64,000 bases of DNA, from assembly GCA_010909165.1 (NCBI GenBank), contig MU008216.1:1-64000 (forward strand). The letters run 5' to 3'. Position numbers and translations under genes: made by a program. Source of the stretch: Anthoceros angustus (lineage: Eukaryota > Plantae > Anthocerotophyta). Positions 44,430-56,580 of this stretch are shown in pieces; position 1 is the first letter of the stretch, and each line of letters opens with the position of its first letter. The notes under the pieces were generated by a model, which searched no databases, had not been told where the DNA came from, and worked only from the letters and a program-made list of their open reading frames with translations.

Positions 44430-47420
44430 GAAGATACCTCTGGGGGAGAGGATGAGAAGGAGAAATTCCCATTCGCACATATTTCGTGGTCAGATGAAGA
44501 GGACGACAATCGGAGAGATATTCCCATTCCATCAACCTATTAGGGTGCTATGGAGTCACAATTGACAACCCGGTGGGAGGAGGATCGGGACCAGAAGGCC
44601 GACGAGGTCGAGGAACAGAAGTAGAGGTGCCGAGCCGGGAGCGACGATCCGACAAACTTTGAGGGTGCGAGGAGGGTGTCTCACGCTTTACCTCGACGAC
44701 CTATTCCGGAATGGGGAATGCGCCAAGGAGAACCAAGACAAATGGAGGAAGGGTTCTAATCACATCCGCGGTGGAAAGAGAGTGGCACGGATGAGGTCAA
44801 GGACGTGGAAGTGTTGAAAGGTCCTTAAGTTTTCGAATGTGATGAATGCATTTGGAAAGGGGTATGAAACAAATTACATGAATTTATCCATGTTTTTGCT
44901 TTTGACGTATATGAAGGGTATACCGAGGGAGTGGGAGCACAAGATTGATCTCGAGCCGGTGTGTCACCGGATACCGCAATACAAGCTAAATCCAAAGTAT
45001 TCACAAGGTAAAAATGGAGCTCTACTTGCGCACATATATATCCTATTGTGACATCGGAGTGGGTAGCCCCAATTGTGGTGGTTCCCAAAAGCGTAAGGGA
45101 AGATACGTCCGCTGTGATTGGAGGAAGTTAAACAAGGTGACCAAAAAGACCATTACCCGCTTCCATTCATAGACAACATAATCGGACTTAGTTGCGGAGA
45201 ATGGTCTACCTGCTCGGATGGGTATTCGGTATAATCACATCTCGTGGAGAGTGATTGGCCACCAACACCCTTCATCGGGAACCTATGCCTACAAACGGAG
45301 TGCGCTCGGATTAACAGGGCACCAGATCCTTCATGCGATGTCAAGATTTTCAAGGAATACCTTAGGGACTTCATGGAGGTCTTCCGATGACTTCGCGTGT
45401 TTGAAAAAAGATCACCTCAACCACCTTCGCAAATGTCTGGAACGGTGTCACAGACTCTAATTGTGTCTACATCCCGAGAAATGTTATTTCGCATGCCGAG
45501 GGTATTTTGTTGGGGCACCGATTGACGGGATAGAGGTCGACCCGGATAAGGTCAAAATCATTACCGCCTCAAGCCACCTACCACATCAAGGAGCTTAGGG
45601 ATTCCTAATGGTAGGCTATTATCAAGGTTTGTGAAGAATTTTTCCAAGGGCAGCTGGCTACGTTTCGCAAGGACCAGAGTGGAATGGACGCAAAACGAGA
45701 GGAGGCCTTCAATGATCTTCGACCACCGATCACAAAGACCCACGCGGGGACCGGATCGAGCAAGAAATTCCACGTGTTTGTAGACGCTTCGCCTATGCAA
45801 TCGGTACCATTCTAAGCCAAAGGGATGACAAGAAGCACGATTATCCAATCTATTATGCAGGCACACCGACGCAGAAGAAGTATACCACCACCGAGAGGGA
45901 GGCGGATGGTGTACTGGTTCGCAAGTTTCAACTATTTGCTATCCCACGAGTTCGTCTTCCATGTGGACCACTTCGCCTCAAACACCGTAAACAAACCGAC
46001 TTCTGACGACGCAGCAAGATGGATCCTACTCAAGAATTCACGCTCACGGTGGAGAGAGGAGGGAGTAAACATGTGAATGCAGATTACATTTCGAGGTGAA
46101 CAGAGGAGGTTACACAGACCAAAACGACGATTTTCCGATGAAGCTTTGTTCGGCGAGTTAGAGGGGGCACACCGAACCATAAGGCGAGGGTAAATGGTGG
46201 CTCGGCAGAAATGAGAAGGGGAGAACGGATACACAAGGCCCACCCACGAGGAGATGATGGAATTCGAAACGGAAAATACCATCGGATCTTTCAAACCCCA
46301 CGGCAAAGGCACTATTCGCTCCGCTTGTACGACGCAAAGACAATCAGTAAATCGGGACCGGATGGGCGGACAAAGTTATGGGTAACAAGGAGCAGTTATC
46401 CGAGTGCCGAGAGATGCACGAGGGGAAGCGGAGGACATTTTGCGCATATCACGTGCAAGAAGGTGCTTGAAACGGGTATGGTGGCAAACCATGCATCGAT
46501 GCTAGGAGTTTGTTAAACGCGATGCTCGCCGAGGGTTGGGAAACCGTCTGCAACCACTCAATGGCCAATGGTTCCGATATTGGCCCGCGCCATTCGAGAA
46601 ATGGGGAATAGATTTGTTGGTCCCATACACCAAAACGAGGACGCGACAAAACCAATACATCCTCGTGGCCACGACTATTGCACGCCAGATGGTGGAAGCC
46701 CAAGCACCGCAGTAGACACACCATGTAGTGGCTGTGTTCCTCTATGAACATATTATCACCGATATGGTCCCTTGAGCTTGTCACAGAGGGTCACATTTCG
46801 TCAACGGTTATATCTCATATGACGATCTACTTCAACGTCGCCACAGAAAACGACTTATAATCCCAAGGCAAATGGCTTAACGGAAAAGGCGAATGGGCTC
46901 TGTGATCCTCAACAAGCTAACGGTGGAATATGCACGATTGGGATCTTAAGCTTCACTCCGCGCCCGGGCATACAGGACTGCAGAGAAAATAACGACGCAA
47001 CAAACACCGTACTACCTCACCTACGGCCATTCTCCCAGAATGCCTATTGAGTTTGAAATTCCCACCGCGATCCGTGAAACTAACCGCATGGCAAGAGGAA
47101 AGTCACCGAACGCCTGGTCGCCTTAAACATACAGGATAGGAATAGCGCTGAGCGCGTGATATTCAAAGCGAAACGGAAAATATGGCATGACAATCGGCGG
47201 AAGCAAGAGTGGTAGTTCCGTGACTTGGCCTCATTGCACAATAGGTATATGCACTTTCCGGAAGCTCCATCTTCGTGGATGGGGCCATACAAAGTTCTCA
47301 AGTCTTCAAGAATGGCTCAAGATAACCGCAAGAGTTAGGGACTCCACCACCAACCCGAGTCAATGGGTGGAGGGTCAAGAAGTATTATAAGTTGGCGGGA
47401 CGCCAACAAATGAGAAGGGA
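44430..47420 (+). mobile_element. Ty3/gypsy family X pol (spacer-RT-RH-INT), degenerate; gag/PR missing
   Basis: MKGIPREWEHKIDL, SEWVAPIVVVP, DWRKLNKVTKKDHYPLPFID, FHVFVDAS, YTTTERE, GGHFA, FEKWG, GPYKV..NGWRVKKY. Confidence 0.85.
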
Positions 47421-47423
47421 GTA

Positions 47424-50400
47424 TGTAAACGATCTAGTCTGGAAACCTGCTAAAATGTGCCCTGAATTTTTTTTTGTTTTTTTTGAGTGGTGTGAAAATA
47501 AGTCGATTGATAGAGTTGGGGATATTCATAGTAAAAATGTCCTTGGCCTATGGAGTTCTTTTTGTTTTATTGCCTAGGTTAGATAATAAAAAAATGGTCC
47601 GGAATGTTCCTTGGCCCATGGACTCGAATGTTCCACTAAAGGTCTATATATGGATAGGGGGTGGTTATTTGGGGTCCCTAAGGTCGACCCACGAGCCGAA
47701 TGAGTGGGGTTGTGGATTGGGCGGGGAGCGGTCGAGAAGACAAACAGAGTAGGGGAACCAAACTTAACCCTAGGAAAATATGACCAGCGCTCAAACAACG
47801 GAGCGCAACGCCGGGCGGAGCGAGGAGCGGAGGACGAACGGCGGCCGGAGCGAGGTCGCCGAGGAGCCGATTCGAGAGGGGACTGATCGCGGAGAGCGAG
47901 GCGCAACGCGGCGGAGGGCCGCCTCAACCTCACCGTGAAGTCGCAACCCAGTGGAAGGAAGGCGCGGGCGGCGCTGCCGGGGAGGAGGTAGGAACCGAGA
48001 CCGACCTCCCAGAAATTCGCGGCGAGGTGGCACATTTGAGGCGAGACCGGAAGGGAGGATGGCGCCCAAAGCCACCACCGATTGCGCTTGCCCAATGGCC
48101 AAACATGGATCATTGGAAATGGGAGCTGTGAAGGAGTCAAGCTGGGTTTCATGGAAGAGCGGGAATTACAACTGGATCGGTGGAGTGCGCCACACCAAGA
48201 CAAGCAACGCGAGGGATTAGAGCAAAACCGGATTGGGACCGCATTGGTTAGGAAGTGTATGGGCGGCAAGGAGGAGGCGGGGTTTGGTGATGGAACCGAA
48301 AAGAGCACGGCAAGAGCAGCAGCACCGCCCGTTAAAGCGGGCGAATCCGGGAACCCAATGGTTCGACGCGAGATTGGCAACAGCAGCATGGGTCCGCCGA
48401 TGGCTTCGTTTCCGCAAAGACAAGAAGTGTGATTATTTGTCCGACCACTTGCCGTTGTTCCTCCATGAAGTGGCAAGGGGCGAAGATCGATTGGGACGAA
48501 TTCTCTCGAGAAGTTGAGTGAAGAGAGGTTGAACTGATTTCTCCTACCTCTCTAATCTCACCATTCCTAGTCCATCTTTATGCGCATGCTAATGCCCCGC
48601 CAGAGGTAGAAGCCTCCACATGTGGAAGCCTAGGAGGTGAAGTGGAAGGCGGAGGAGCCCAAGGAGGAAATTGAGGAGGAATCGGACGGGAGTCCATGGC
48701 GACAGTGCCTGAGGAAGAGAAGGAAATTCTACCAAAGAAAAGAGAGGAAGACCGGGGTGGCGACCCAAGGTGAAGGTGGACGCCACTGCGTCAACGGTGC
48801 CAAGGCCATGAAAAGCAAAGAAAAGCCAAACGGCTCGAGGTGGCGGAGGAAGAGGCGATCCGAGGAAGACAATTTTGACTGGATGCATGATGAATCACCG
48901 GAGGGTTAGGCTGACCTCGAGCGGACCCTCCTCAAAGATGGGAAGAGATTTTCAAGGGACTCCACCGCAACAGAGGTGGATGCAACCTGGTGAGGGTGCG
49001 CACTTTGTTGGGAAGGAAAGTTCGAGGGATGGCGTCCGGGCCGCCAACAAGTGGAATTGGAGCCGAGACCACGGCGATCCGGGCCCAAGCGGATTTGTTG
49101 GACCAAGCGCTTGGCTCACATGGCCTCAAGGGCGGCGGGAGGAAGTGGTGAAGGCCAGTTTGACGAAGGAGAAGCGCAAGCAATGGAGGAAGACAAGCGG
49201 CCTTAGAGGAGATAAGAATCAAGCTTTGGAGGATTTGTGGTGGCCTGTGGAGAAGGCAGCCATGACGAGTCGCAGGAAGCATGGCTCAAATTAAGGATGC
49301 CCACGAGTCAAACCAGAGATGGTGGAGTTGTTGCAGCCTGTGGAGCGTGAGGCGGCCTCGTGGAGAAGGTCCATAAGCGCGAACGGTATAAACGGAGGGA
49401 TGAGGCACGCCGAAGAAAAGAGAAGGGAAGCGAGGTGGCAGGACACGACCGGGTAGTGGAAGGCCACCGGGAAGGAAGCAAAGAAGGTAGTCAAACACCT
49501 ACCTGGCTGGACCAACGACGGCCGGAGACCACACTCGGTAGTAGCGAAGACCGGGCGGGGCGACAGACGCGACGCGGGCACCCCGCGAGGACATGGACCA
49601 GTGCAACTGTGTAGTCTACGGAGGAGGGGGTAAGCACCTCACAGCAGAGGTCCTATTATGTTGCACATGGATGAGGAAACTTATGCTCGGTCTATATGTG
49701 AATGGAGAACGCGTGCTTAACTTCACCGCCCATGTGCGTGTGGAAATAGGAGGGATGTGTCCTACCCACTGCAAGTGAGGACCAAGTGCATACTTCTACC
49801 ATGCCGAGTGTGGGGATTGGCCCCTATTATGCGCGGAGGCGACTTGGAGGAGTTGAGTGAAGAGGAGGTCCAGCTTGGGTGGATGAGGAACCGTGGTAAT
49901 CCTCAAAATAGGCGGCAATGAAGAGGCGAAGAGGTGGTATGCCCTCACCAGGACGCCCAGCGATGTGAGGTGGAAGTGTGGAAACCCGCCGACCGCGCAA
50001 GGTGAGGGCTCGTGGCGGGCGATGGAGGAAGGGCCAAAGTGACGAAGTCGGGGAGGGCGGATAGCGAGGCACAGGTGGTAGCATCCTAAAGAAATTTGGT
50101 TAGGATGCCCCATCGACCTAGGATCGCTTAGAATTGTGGGCGTGCCCCTTAGCTTTAGGATCCGGAAACTGGGCAGTGCCCACCGATGTATAAGAGGGGC
50201 GACTTTTGCCTCCCCACAGATAACTCGTTGAGATCCCCACGCGCCTGTGGCTGGTTGGAGACGTCCGATTGACGAGGTGGTGCGCGAGACCTAGGGTGGT
50301 CGAGTTGCTCCGCAACGGGGAGGAGGGGTGATGGAGCAATTTTGCCGACAAAGGAGGAGGAAACCAAGGGATTGGCGCGGGCGGTCCGGAGCTTGCTCAA

Positions 50401-51065
50401 CGCCTGCCGTGACGCCCGGGTTCTTTCCTCCTCACCTTGTCCCGCTAGTTGTGTTCAACCGAGAGTGTTTGAGTGGATGGTTGAAGGGCGAATTGAGGAG
50501 AGAGAGAGAGAGAAGAGATCGTGAAGGAGAGATCAATCAGATGCGGTGTGAGATCGGTGGAAGAGAGAAGAGAGCGAGTTGACGAATAAAGGAGAATTGT
50601 GTGTGTGGTTTGAAACTCAAACCGGCTTGCAGGGAAAGTGCACAAGGAAACAACGCTCTGGAAACCGTGGGTGTGGCGCCTTCTGTGTGTGTGTGTGAGG
50701 GATGTGAGGTATCCTAGGAACTTTGGTCCTAGGAATCGAGTGCATGAAGGTGGAGTGCATAACCGATCCGTGAGCAGGGCACGCCGTGATCCGGCGCCGC
50801 CACGTAGATGAGTTGCTAGGGTTTGGTGGGACCCACTGGTGGTTGTAGCAACTACCCTAGTGAGAGTCACCGGTAGTGGCTCGAATGGAATGAGATTTGC
50901 GTCGGAGTTAGATCCGTGGTAGTTGATAAGAGGGTAAGAGTTGAGTAGATAGCGAAGTGGTAGCCCCAGTGTGCTTAGGCAAAGGGTGGTGATAGAATAG
51001 CGCCTCACAAACCATTCCCTTTGGGAGCGAATCCTGTGACTACAACGACATTGAGGGTAAGTGGA
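47424..51065 (+). mobile_element. Module copy 2 (promoter-like block, accessory ORF ~47780-50050, leader)
   Basis: 47424-48900 is a diverged reverse complement of ~62000-63684; 51010-51062 matches ~55130-55190; LEELSEEEVxLGW is shared with 61142-61336. Confidence 0.75.
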
Positions 51066-51589
51066 TCTCACCGGGTGTCCCACACGATCGGATTCTTCAA
51101 CCCACATGGCCGGGCGCGTGCATGGCCATACCGCGCTCAAGGATCATGTAGCCATGGGCGCTTCATGCTTCGGGCTACGCCTACTGGCTGGGCTCAAGGC
51201 TTCGCCATGCATTGACATGCCTCAAGCTGGGCCTCATGGACGGCAAGGCGCCGCTCGGGCAAGACGTGCGCGAAGCATCACCTGCCCGTGCTCAGGCCAT
51301 TCAGTGCTTCTCGCTCACTACCGCGCTGCCTGCGGCTGGGCTTCCGCTGCCGACGCTGGTGACCGGCGGCCGCTGCTGCTACCATGGCTCACCATACTGT
51401 TCTGTTTCCAGACGGTGCCTGCTGGGCTTCCTCATGGCCATGGCCGCGACGAACACTGCACCGCGGCGGCTCAAGGCTCGCCCGCCACGGTCATGCATGT
51501 CCACAAGGCCAGCAGCCCTCGCCACATCCGGATCACCTGCAGAATTCCACGAGCCGCTTACCGCAAATTCAGAAAATTTAGTATCACAA

Positions 51590-54500
51590 CATGTGAAGAC
51601 CACATATACACTAGCCCTCTCAAGTGTCGGATGAACGATTTTTTTGTTTGAGAGTGTTTGTATAGCAAAGTGCTTTGAGAATCGCCTGGTAAGGTCTTTT
51701 ATACGAGAATGGTCCTTGGCCCTTGGGATAATAATTTGTTTTTGAACCTTAGGTTTTTCGAAGGATAGGTAGGTGAGATAGAGTCCTTGGGTTTTGGTGA
51801 TTTTAGAAATAAGAAAGTGTCTATATATGTTAGGTGCCTACACCACCTTGCGCGCGATCAGCGGGGAGGTAGCAGTTCCACCACGGTGGCGAAGAAGCAG
51901 GGCGTGAGAGTTTACAACCCTAGTGGCGGAGTGGGCGCAGACGGTCGGGCGCGAGAGCGGACACACCCACCGCGAGGTCGAATTCGGGCAGGCGTCGGAG
52001 GCTGAAGCTGGGCGCAGCGCTCGCACGGCGGAGCCTCTGTTCGCTTATTGCGGGTTGGGGGCCAGCGTCGGTCAGGCGGCGGTGGTGGCGGAAGAGAACC
52101 AGTGGCGAGTAGCGAGGAAAAGGCAGGCAAGAGCGCCCGGTGGCAAGTGAGGGGTGTTCCCTTTTCGACCAGCGTTTGCGAGGTTGGGTTCTTTTCAGAA
52201 ACAAGGAGAAAGGAGATGGCGCCCAGCTGCGGCCGAAACACCATGCGGTGGCCCAACATGGACCCTTTGGAAGGTGAGAGGCGACTGGTGAGGCTGGGTG
52301 AATTTATGGAGATGAAATGGTGTTGACGACATTGGTGCAAGAGTGCGCCGGCAATTGAGAACCAAGTTGCAAGAGGGAGGCCATGGCGGGATTTGGGACT
52401 CTTTGAGGCGTATCAGCATCGGAGGATGGAAGCTTGGTAATTGAGAGAAAGAAGACCACGAGGCTGCGGTAGCGCTCATGAAGCTGGGAAGTGAGAGTGA
52501 ACAATGGATGGGTGACTCGCCAACTCGTGTATGCTGCGTGGTGGGATTAGCCAAGTGGATTTTGTGTTTCTGCATCGGAAGTTGGATCATATGGCGGAGA
52601 CTTCCGTCTTTCTTCATGAGGTGGTTAAAGGTACTCAAATCGATTGAGGCGGATGATCTTTGAAAGAGCACTGTGAGGGCGAATTTGCTCTCCCCTTCCC
52701 CTCGACCCTCCTTGATTTCACCTTTTCTAATTCATGTGTTCGCGCATTCCGGGTGTCTAACGGAGTTGGAAGCTGTGTCTGCCCTTCATAGCTGGAAACC
52801 GGTCAGGGAACTCAAGGTAGAGGAGGAGGAGTGTAAGGAAGATTCCGGGAAGGATTCCAGCAGTTGGGAATGCGCCTCCCTAGAAGATTCGGATGAAGGT
52901 GGGGAGGTTTCCAAGGGCAAGAAGCGGGCGGCGGCAGGCAGCAGGGGTCGGCGAAGGGAAGGACGGCCGCGGAAGAGGAACCCACTGACCACACCTAGGG
53001 TCACCAGTCGAAATCGGCGGCGAGGGAGTGAAGGAGGAGAAAATAAAGGAAGCGACAAGTTGTGCCCTCTCGGGTCGAGGAGGTCGTGCCGCTAGGAGAT
53101 TGGAGGCGGATGAGGAAGTTGTGGCAAACCAACCCCTAGAAGAAGAGGGGTTAGTTTCGATAGCCAAGTCATGCGGAGACTCCTTTTGGCGACATTTCAA
53201 CCCGTCCGTGAAGTGGAGGCAGGTGACACCGCTCGTCGGTGTTGTGGAAGGAATGGGCACGGGCCAATTCGAGAATGCGGCCGACTTGACCATGGCTCGA
53301 CGGATCTCCTCGACCAGGCCATGGCTCTCACACAGGCGAGTGTGCAGGCCAGGAAAAGTTGCTCAAGGAGAAGTTGGAGGCACAGGCGAGAACAAGGTGG
53401 CGAGGCGGGGCAGAATAGGCGGCCCTATGCAAGGCACAGGGGCTAAAGGCCATGTCCACCCAGCAGGAGGCCTTAGTGAATCAGGTCAAGGCGCATGCCA
53501 CAATCGAGCTTCAAGATGAGGTCATGAGCCCGAGAACAAATGGAAACAATGGCGCCTGGAGAAATTTGGCGGAGATATAAGCGAGAGAGAGATGAAGCTA
53601 GGGCCGAGTCAAGAGAGGTGGCCAAAGAAGAAGGCGAGCCACGGCAACCTGATGGCAAGCCACCAGTGGAAACTACCACCACGGTGGCCCGACCACCGTC
53701 GCGGAAGGAGGAACCGAGGTGGGGAAGTCACCCAGGAGGCGCTGCAGTGGGGATCGATCCCACGGATTCGGGCGCGGCTCGGGATTGTCCACGGAGGAGA
53801 GGTAAGAACCTCTCTGTAGTCGAAGGCGTATTGTGCTACGTCGGATGAGGATGCTCATGTCCACAGCCACTGCATGGTGGCGGTGCTCACTCTAAATGTG
53901 TATGTGGTTGTTGGGACGGGGAGGCGAAACTATTGGGTGCACATCTTGGCCGCAGGCGTTTACGATGGTTCTTCGAGCAGGGAGGCGGGGCCTACCCCCA
54001 AGTGGTGATCGAGGAAATGGCGAAGCTTGAGGCGTGGAGGGAGGAGCACGCAGTGTGTGTCCGGCGATGAGGAGGCGGAATAAGCCTAGGGCCTATAGGG
54101 CCAGCGCCCATGGAAGGCAGAAGCTGCGGTGTGAGGTGGAGGTTTTGGGGAGAATCGCTCGGATCGGGCGTGGCGGGAGGCGGGCAGGAAGCCTTGAGGC
54201 TAAGCAACCGCAGACCCAGATTTTAGGAGGCCGACATCATAGGCGAGGCTTCTTTTGGGGTAGGGGATAGGATGTTTTGAGGACCGTGGTTAGTTTCTGA
54301 ATTGGTAGGAGCGCTCGTGGTAGTGGGCCATATTTTCTAGACAACCTTTGGTAGGAGTGGTGGAAATCCACGGTGAATGTATAAGAGACCCTTGAGAGTC
54401 TCTCCTAAGACAATTTGTGTGAACTTCCGTGTGTTGAAGCTATCGCGAGGTTGATTGGAGGCGTCGATCGGCATCAAACTCGTTCGATGCACCGCCTTCT

Positions 54501-55223
54501 CGTCACAAGAAGGCCGGAAGATCCTGGATGGTCGAGGCGGAGTGGCCAAGCTCACGCTGGGGTGACGGAAGGTGGTGGCCGGAAAGAGGTAGGAATTGCA
54601 GCGGAAGGCCGAGGCGGAGGCTGATCGAAGCAACCCAGGGTTTCTTTCTGATCCCTTTCCCATTGCCGCCACGGTGTGTTTATTCCACTAGAGGGGTCTG
54701 TGGCCCAGGAGGGGTCTGTGGCCCAGGAGGGTGGGAGGAGGGGTCTGTGGCCCAAGGAGGGGTCTGTGTGGCCCAAGGAGGGGTCTGTGTGGCGTGAGGC
54801 GAGGAGTTGCATTAGGAAGAAAGGTTCGAAGGTAGATGAGTCTCTGTGAGGGATTGTGAGTGTGTGAGGAAAATCGAATGCGTGAGTGGAAGCGGTGGGA
54901 TCGCGAAATTCCTAGAGGTAGTGAGGTGTATATAGGTGTGATGCCCATAGCCCCAAGGTGCTGAGCCGGTGACAATAGACCCCGACAGGCGGCTGGCGTG
55001 GTGGGACCCGGCTGGTGAACCAGCGTGGTGGCAGTCTACCAGTGGTGGGTTTGGGTAGGGTAGGCTGGAGAAGGTGGGTAGTGGCGAGGGGTAGGTCCAG
55101 AATCCATAGATTCAGAACACCTTGACACAAAACTATTCCCTTGGGATCGAATCCTAGGACTATAACGACATAGAGGGTAAATGTGGCCTCTTTGCGTCTT
55201 CGGATGCAAAAACCCATTCCACA
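51590..55223 (+). mobile_element. Module copy 3 (promoter-like block, accessory ORF ~51850-54200, leader)
   Basis: WPNMD..GEFMEMKW and LAKWILCF motifs are shared with copies 2 and 4; non-coding blocks are shared with copy 1. Confidence 0.75.
54690..54795. repeat. Minisatellite, ~5 units of GGAGGGGTCTGT(GT)GGCCCA(A)
   Basis: Visible 19-22 nt tandem units; a degenerate reverse-complement array lies at ~15720-15810. Confidence 0.8.
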
Positions 55224-55240
55224 CAACACAACCAAACCAT

Positions 55241-55541
55241 GGCTTTGATACCAGTTGAAGGATCGTGTGGCAGCCCATGATGGTGGAAAGAGGAGAGGAG
55301 AGGAGGAGGCAAGTGTAACTCTCTCACATTGAGATGAGGCTTGGAGGGTATTTATACCTCCAATAGCTCCTAGGAAGCTCCACAAGAAGCCCTGGAAGGA
55401 GCAAGAAGCTTCCTAATGATTAAGCTTAAACTAATGATATCGACACCTAACTTAGACTAAGTGTATTAGTCTAAGTACATTGGCTTTAATACTTATGGAA
55501 GCCCACCGTATAGCGCAAACACCATCGAGGGGCGAGAGAAG
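55241..55541 (-). mobile_element. PBS plus 3' part of a 5' LTR (minus strand), cut by a CACTA-like end
   Basis: TGGTATCAAAGCC (55253-55241) after ...CTTCAAC; TATAAATA on the minus strand at 55356-55349, ~100 nt upstream. Confidence 0.7.
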
Positions 55542-56110
55542 CCCTACTAGAAACTAAGGCACCTATAATGTCATTGCAATTTTATACTTACACTTCCAAA
55601 TTGCAACAAGCTATGTAGGCTTGGTATTAAGTTTGACACTATTCCCTTCTCATTTTGTCACCATCTTAACACACGAACCTGACTCTCTCCCTCATCACCT
55701 CACCCTCCTAAGTACACCCTCTCTCTCACAAGCATTGTTTATGATTTCAAATATATACTATGCAAAGCTGCTTATGTTAGAGTCCTTTGTTACAATTTCA
55801 TGTAACACTTTCCATTTGAAACACTCATTAAGTTAGTTGGCTTGGTGTTAAGTTTGTAATTTTCTTCTCCACCTTTTCTCACCATCTTAACAACATGCAA
55901 GTGGTGCATTGACCTTACACCTCACCATTAAGAGCTTAGCATTAAGTTTGTTGGCTTGGTGTTAAGTTTGTGATTTTCTTCTCCACCTTCTCTCACCATC
56001 TTAACAACTGCCTTTGGTCTCTCCTTTCACCTCACACTCCTAGTTAATGCTCGATGACACCCATTTTATAATTTTTCCTCTTTGTGTTGCAACATGTGAA
56101 TCTCCTCTCA
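55542..56110. mobile_element. Left end of a CACTA/En-Spm-like element (CCCTACTAGAAA) with sub-terminal repeats; right limit unknown
   Basis: Same 12-mer as the 22703-22714 end; TTGCAACA/TGTTACA/TGTAACA motifs; three ~58-bp direct repeats at ~55617, ~55838 and ~55954. Confidence 0.62.
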
Positions 56111-56437
56111 CTACTATTTTATTCTTCCCCCCTTGCTTTTCCTACATGACAGTAACCAGGAACTCTATCTCTCTCCTTGTACGTGTCATTCTCTTTCCAT
56201 TTTGCCTCCTTTGCATAGCTATGCATTTATAATCTACCTTCCCTCTTCAATGCACCATTGTGTCCACATCTGGTTTTGTTTTCAAGCTCCACATACACAA
56301 GTGAAACTCTTGTTTTTTACTTGACTATGTATAGTAGGATTCTAGATTATTTATATGTCTATCTATGTATACGGTTTGCAGGCAGACTTGTTGTGTCTAT
56401 TCCTATATATATACGACTGAAACACGTATTTATGTAC

Positions 56438-56439
<2 letters not shown>

Positions 56440-56468
<29 letters not shown>

Positions 56469-56526
56469 TGTATGTATGTATGTATGTATGTATGTATGTA
56501 TGTATGTATGTATGTATGTATGTATG

Positions 56527-56560
<34 letters not shown>

Positions 56561-56580
56561 TGTATGTATGTATGTATGTA
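56440..56580. repeat. (TATG)n microsatellite, ~35 units with one variant unit
   Basis: Directly visible. Confidence 0.98.

Larger units (their letters stand above)
36587..44431 (+). pseudogene. Second ParB/Srx-like gene (acidic N-terminus, ParB-like core), split by Copia C and truncated after GGNHR
   Basis: Pieces 36587-36981 and 43655-44431; KLDEAWTNYLARVISKGRIEEGVLPLLCMIDPAECDKE...YVMGVLGGNHR aligns by eye with 18597-18770. Confidence 0.7.

Noticed and set aside
55617-56010. Three ~58-bp direct repeats as a CRISPR-like array
   Set aside because: Irregular spacing, degenerate units, eukaryotic context and no cas genes; they fit CACTA sub-terminal repeats.
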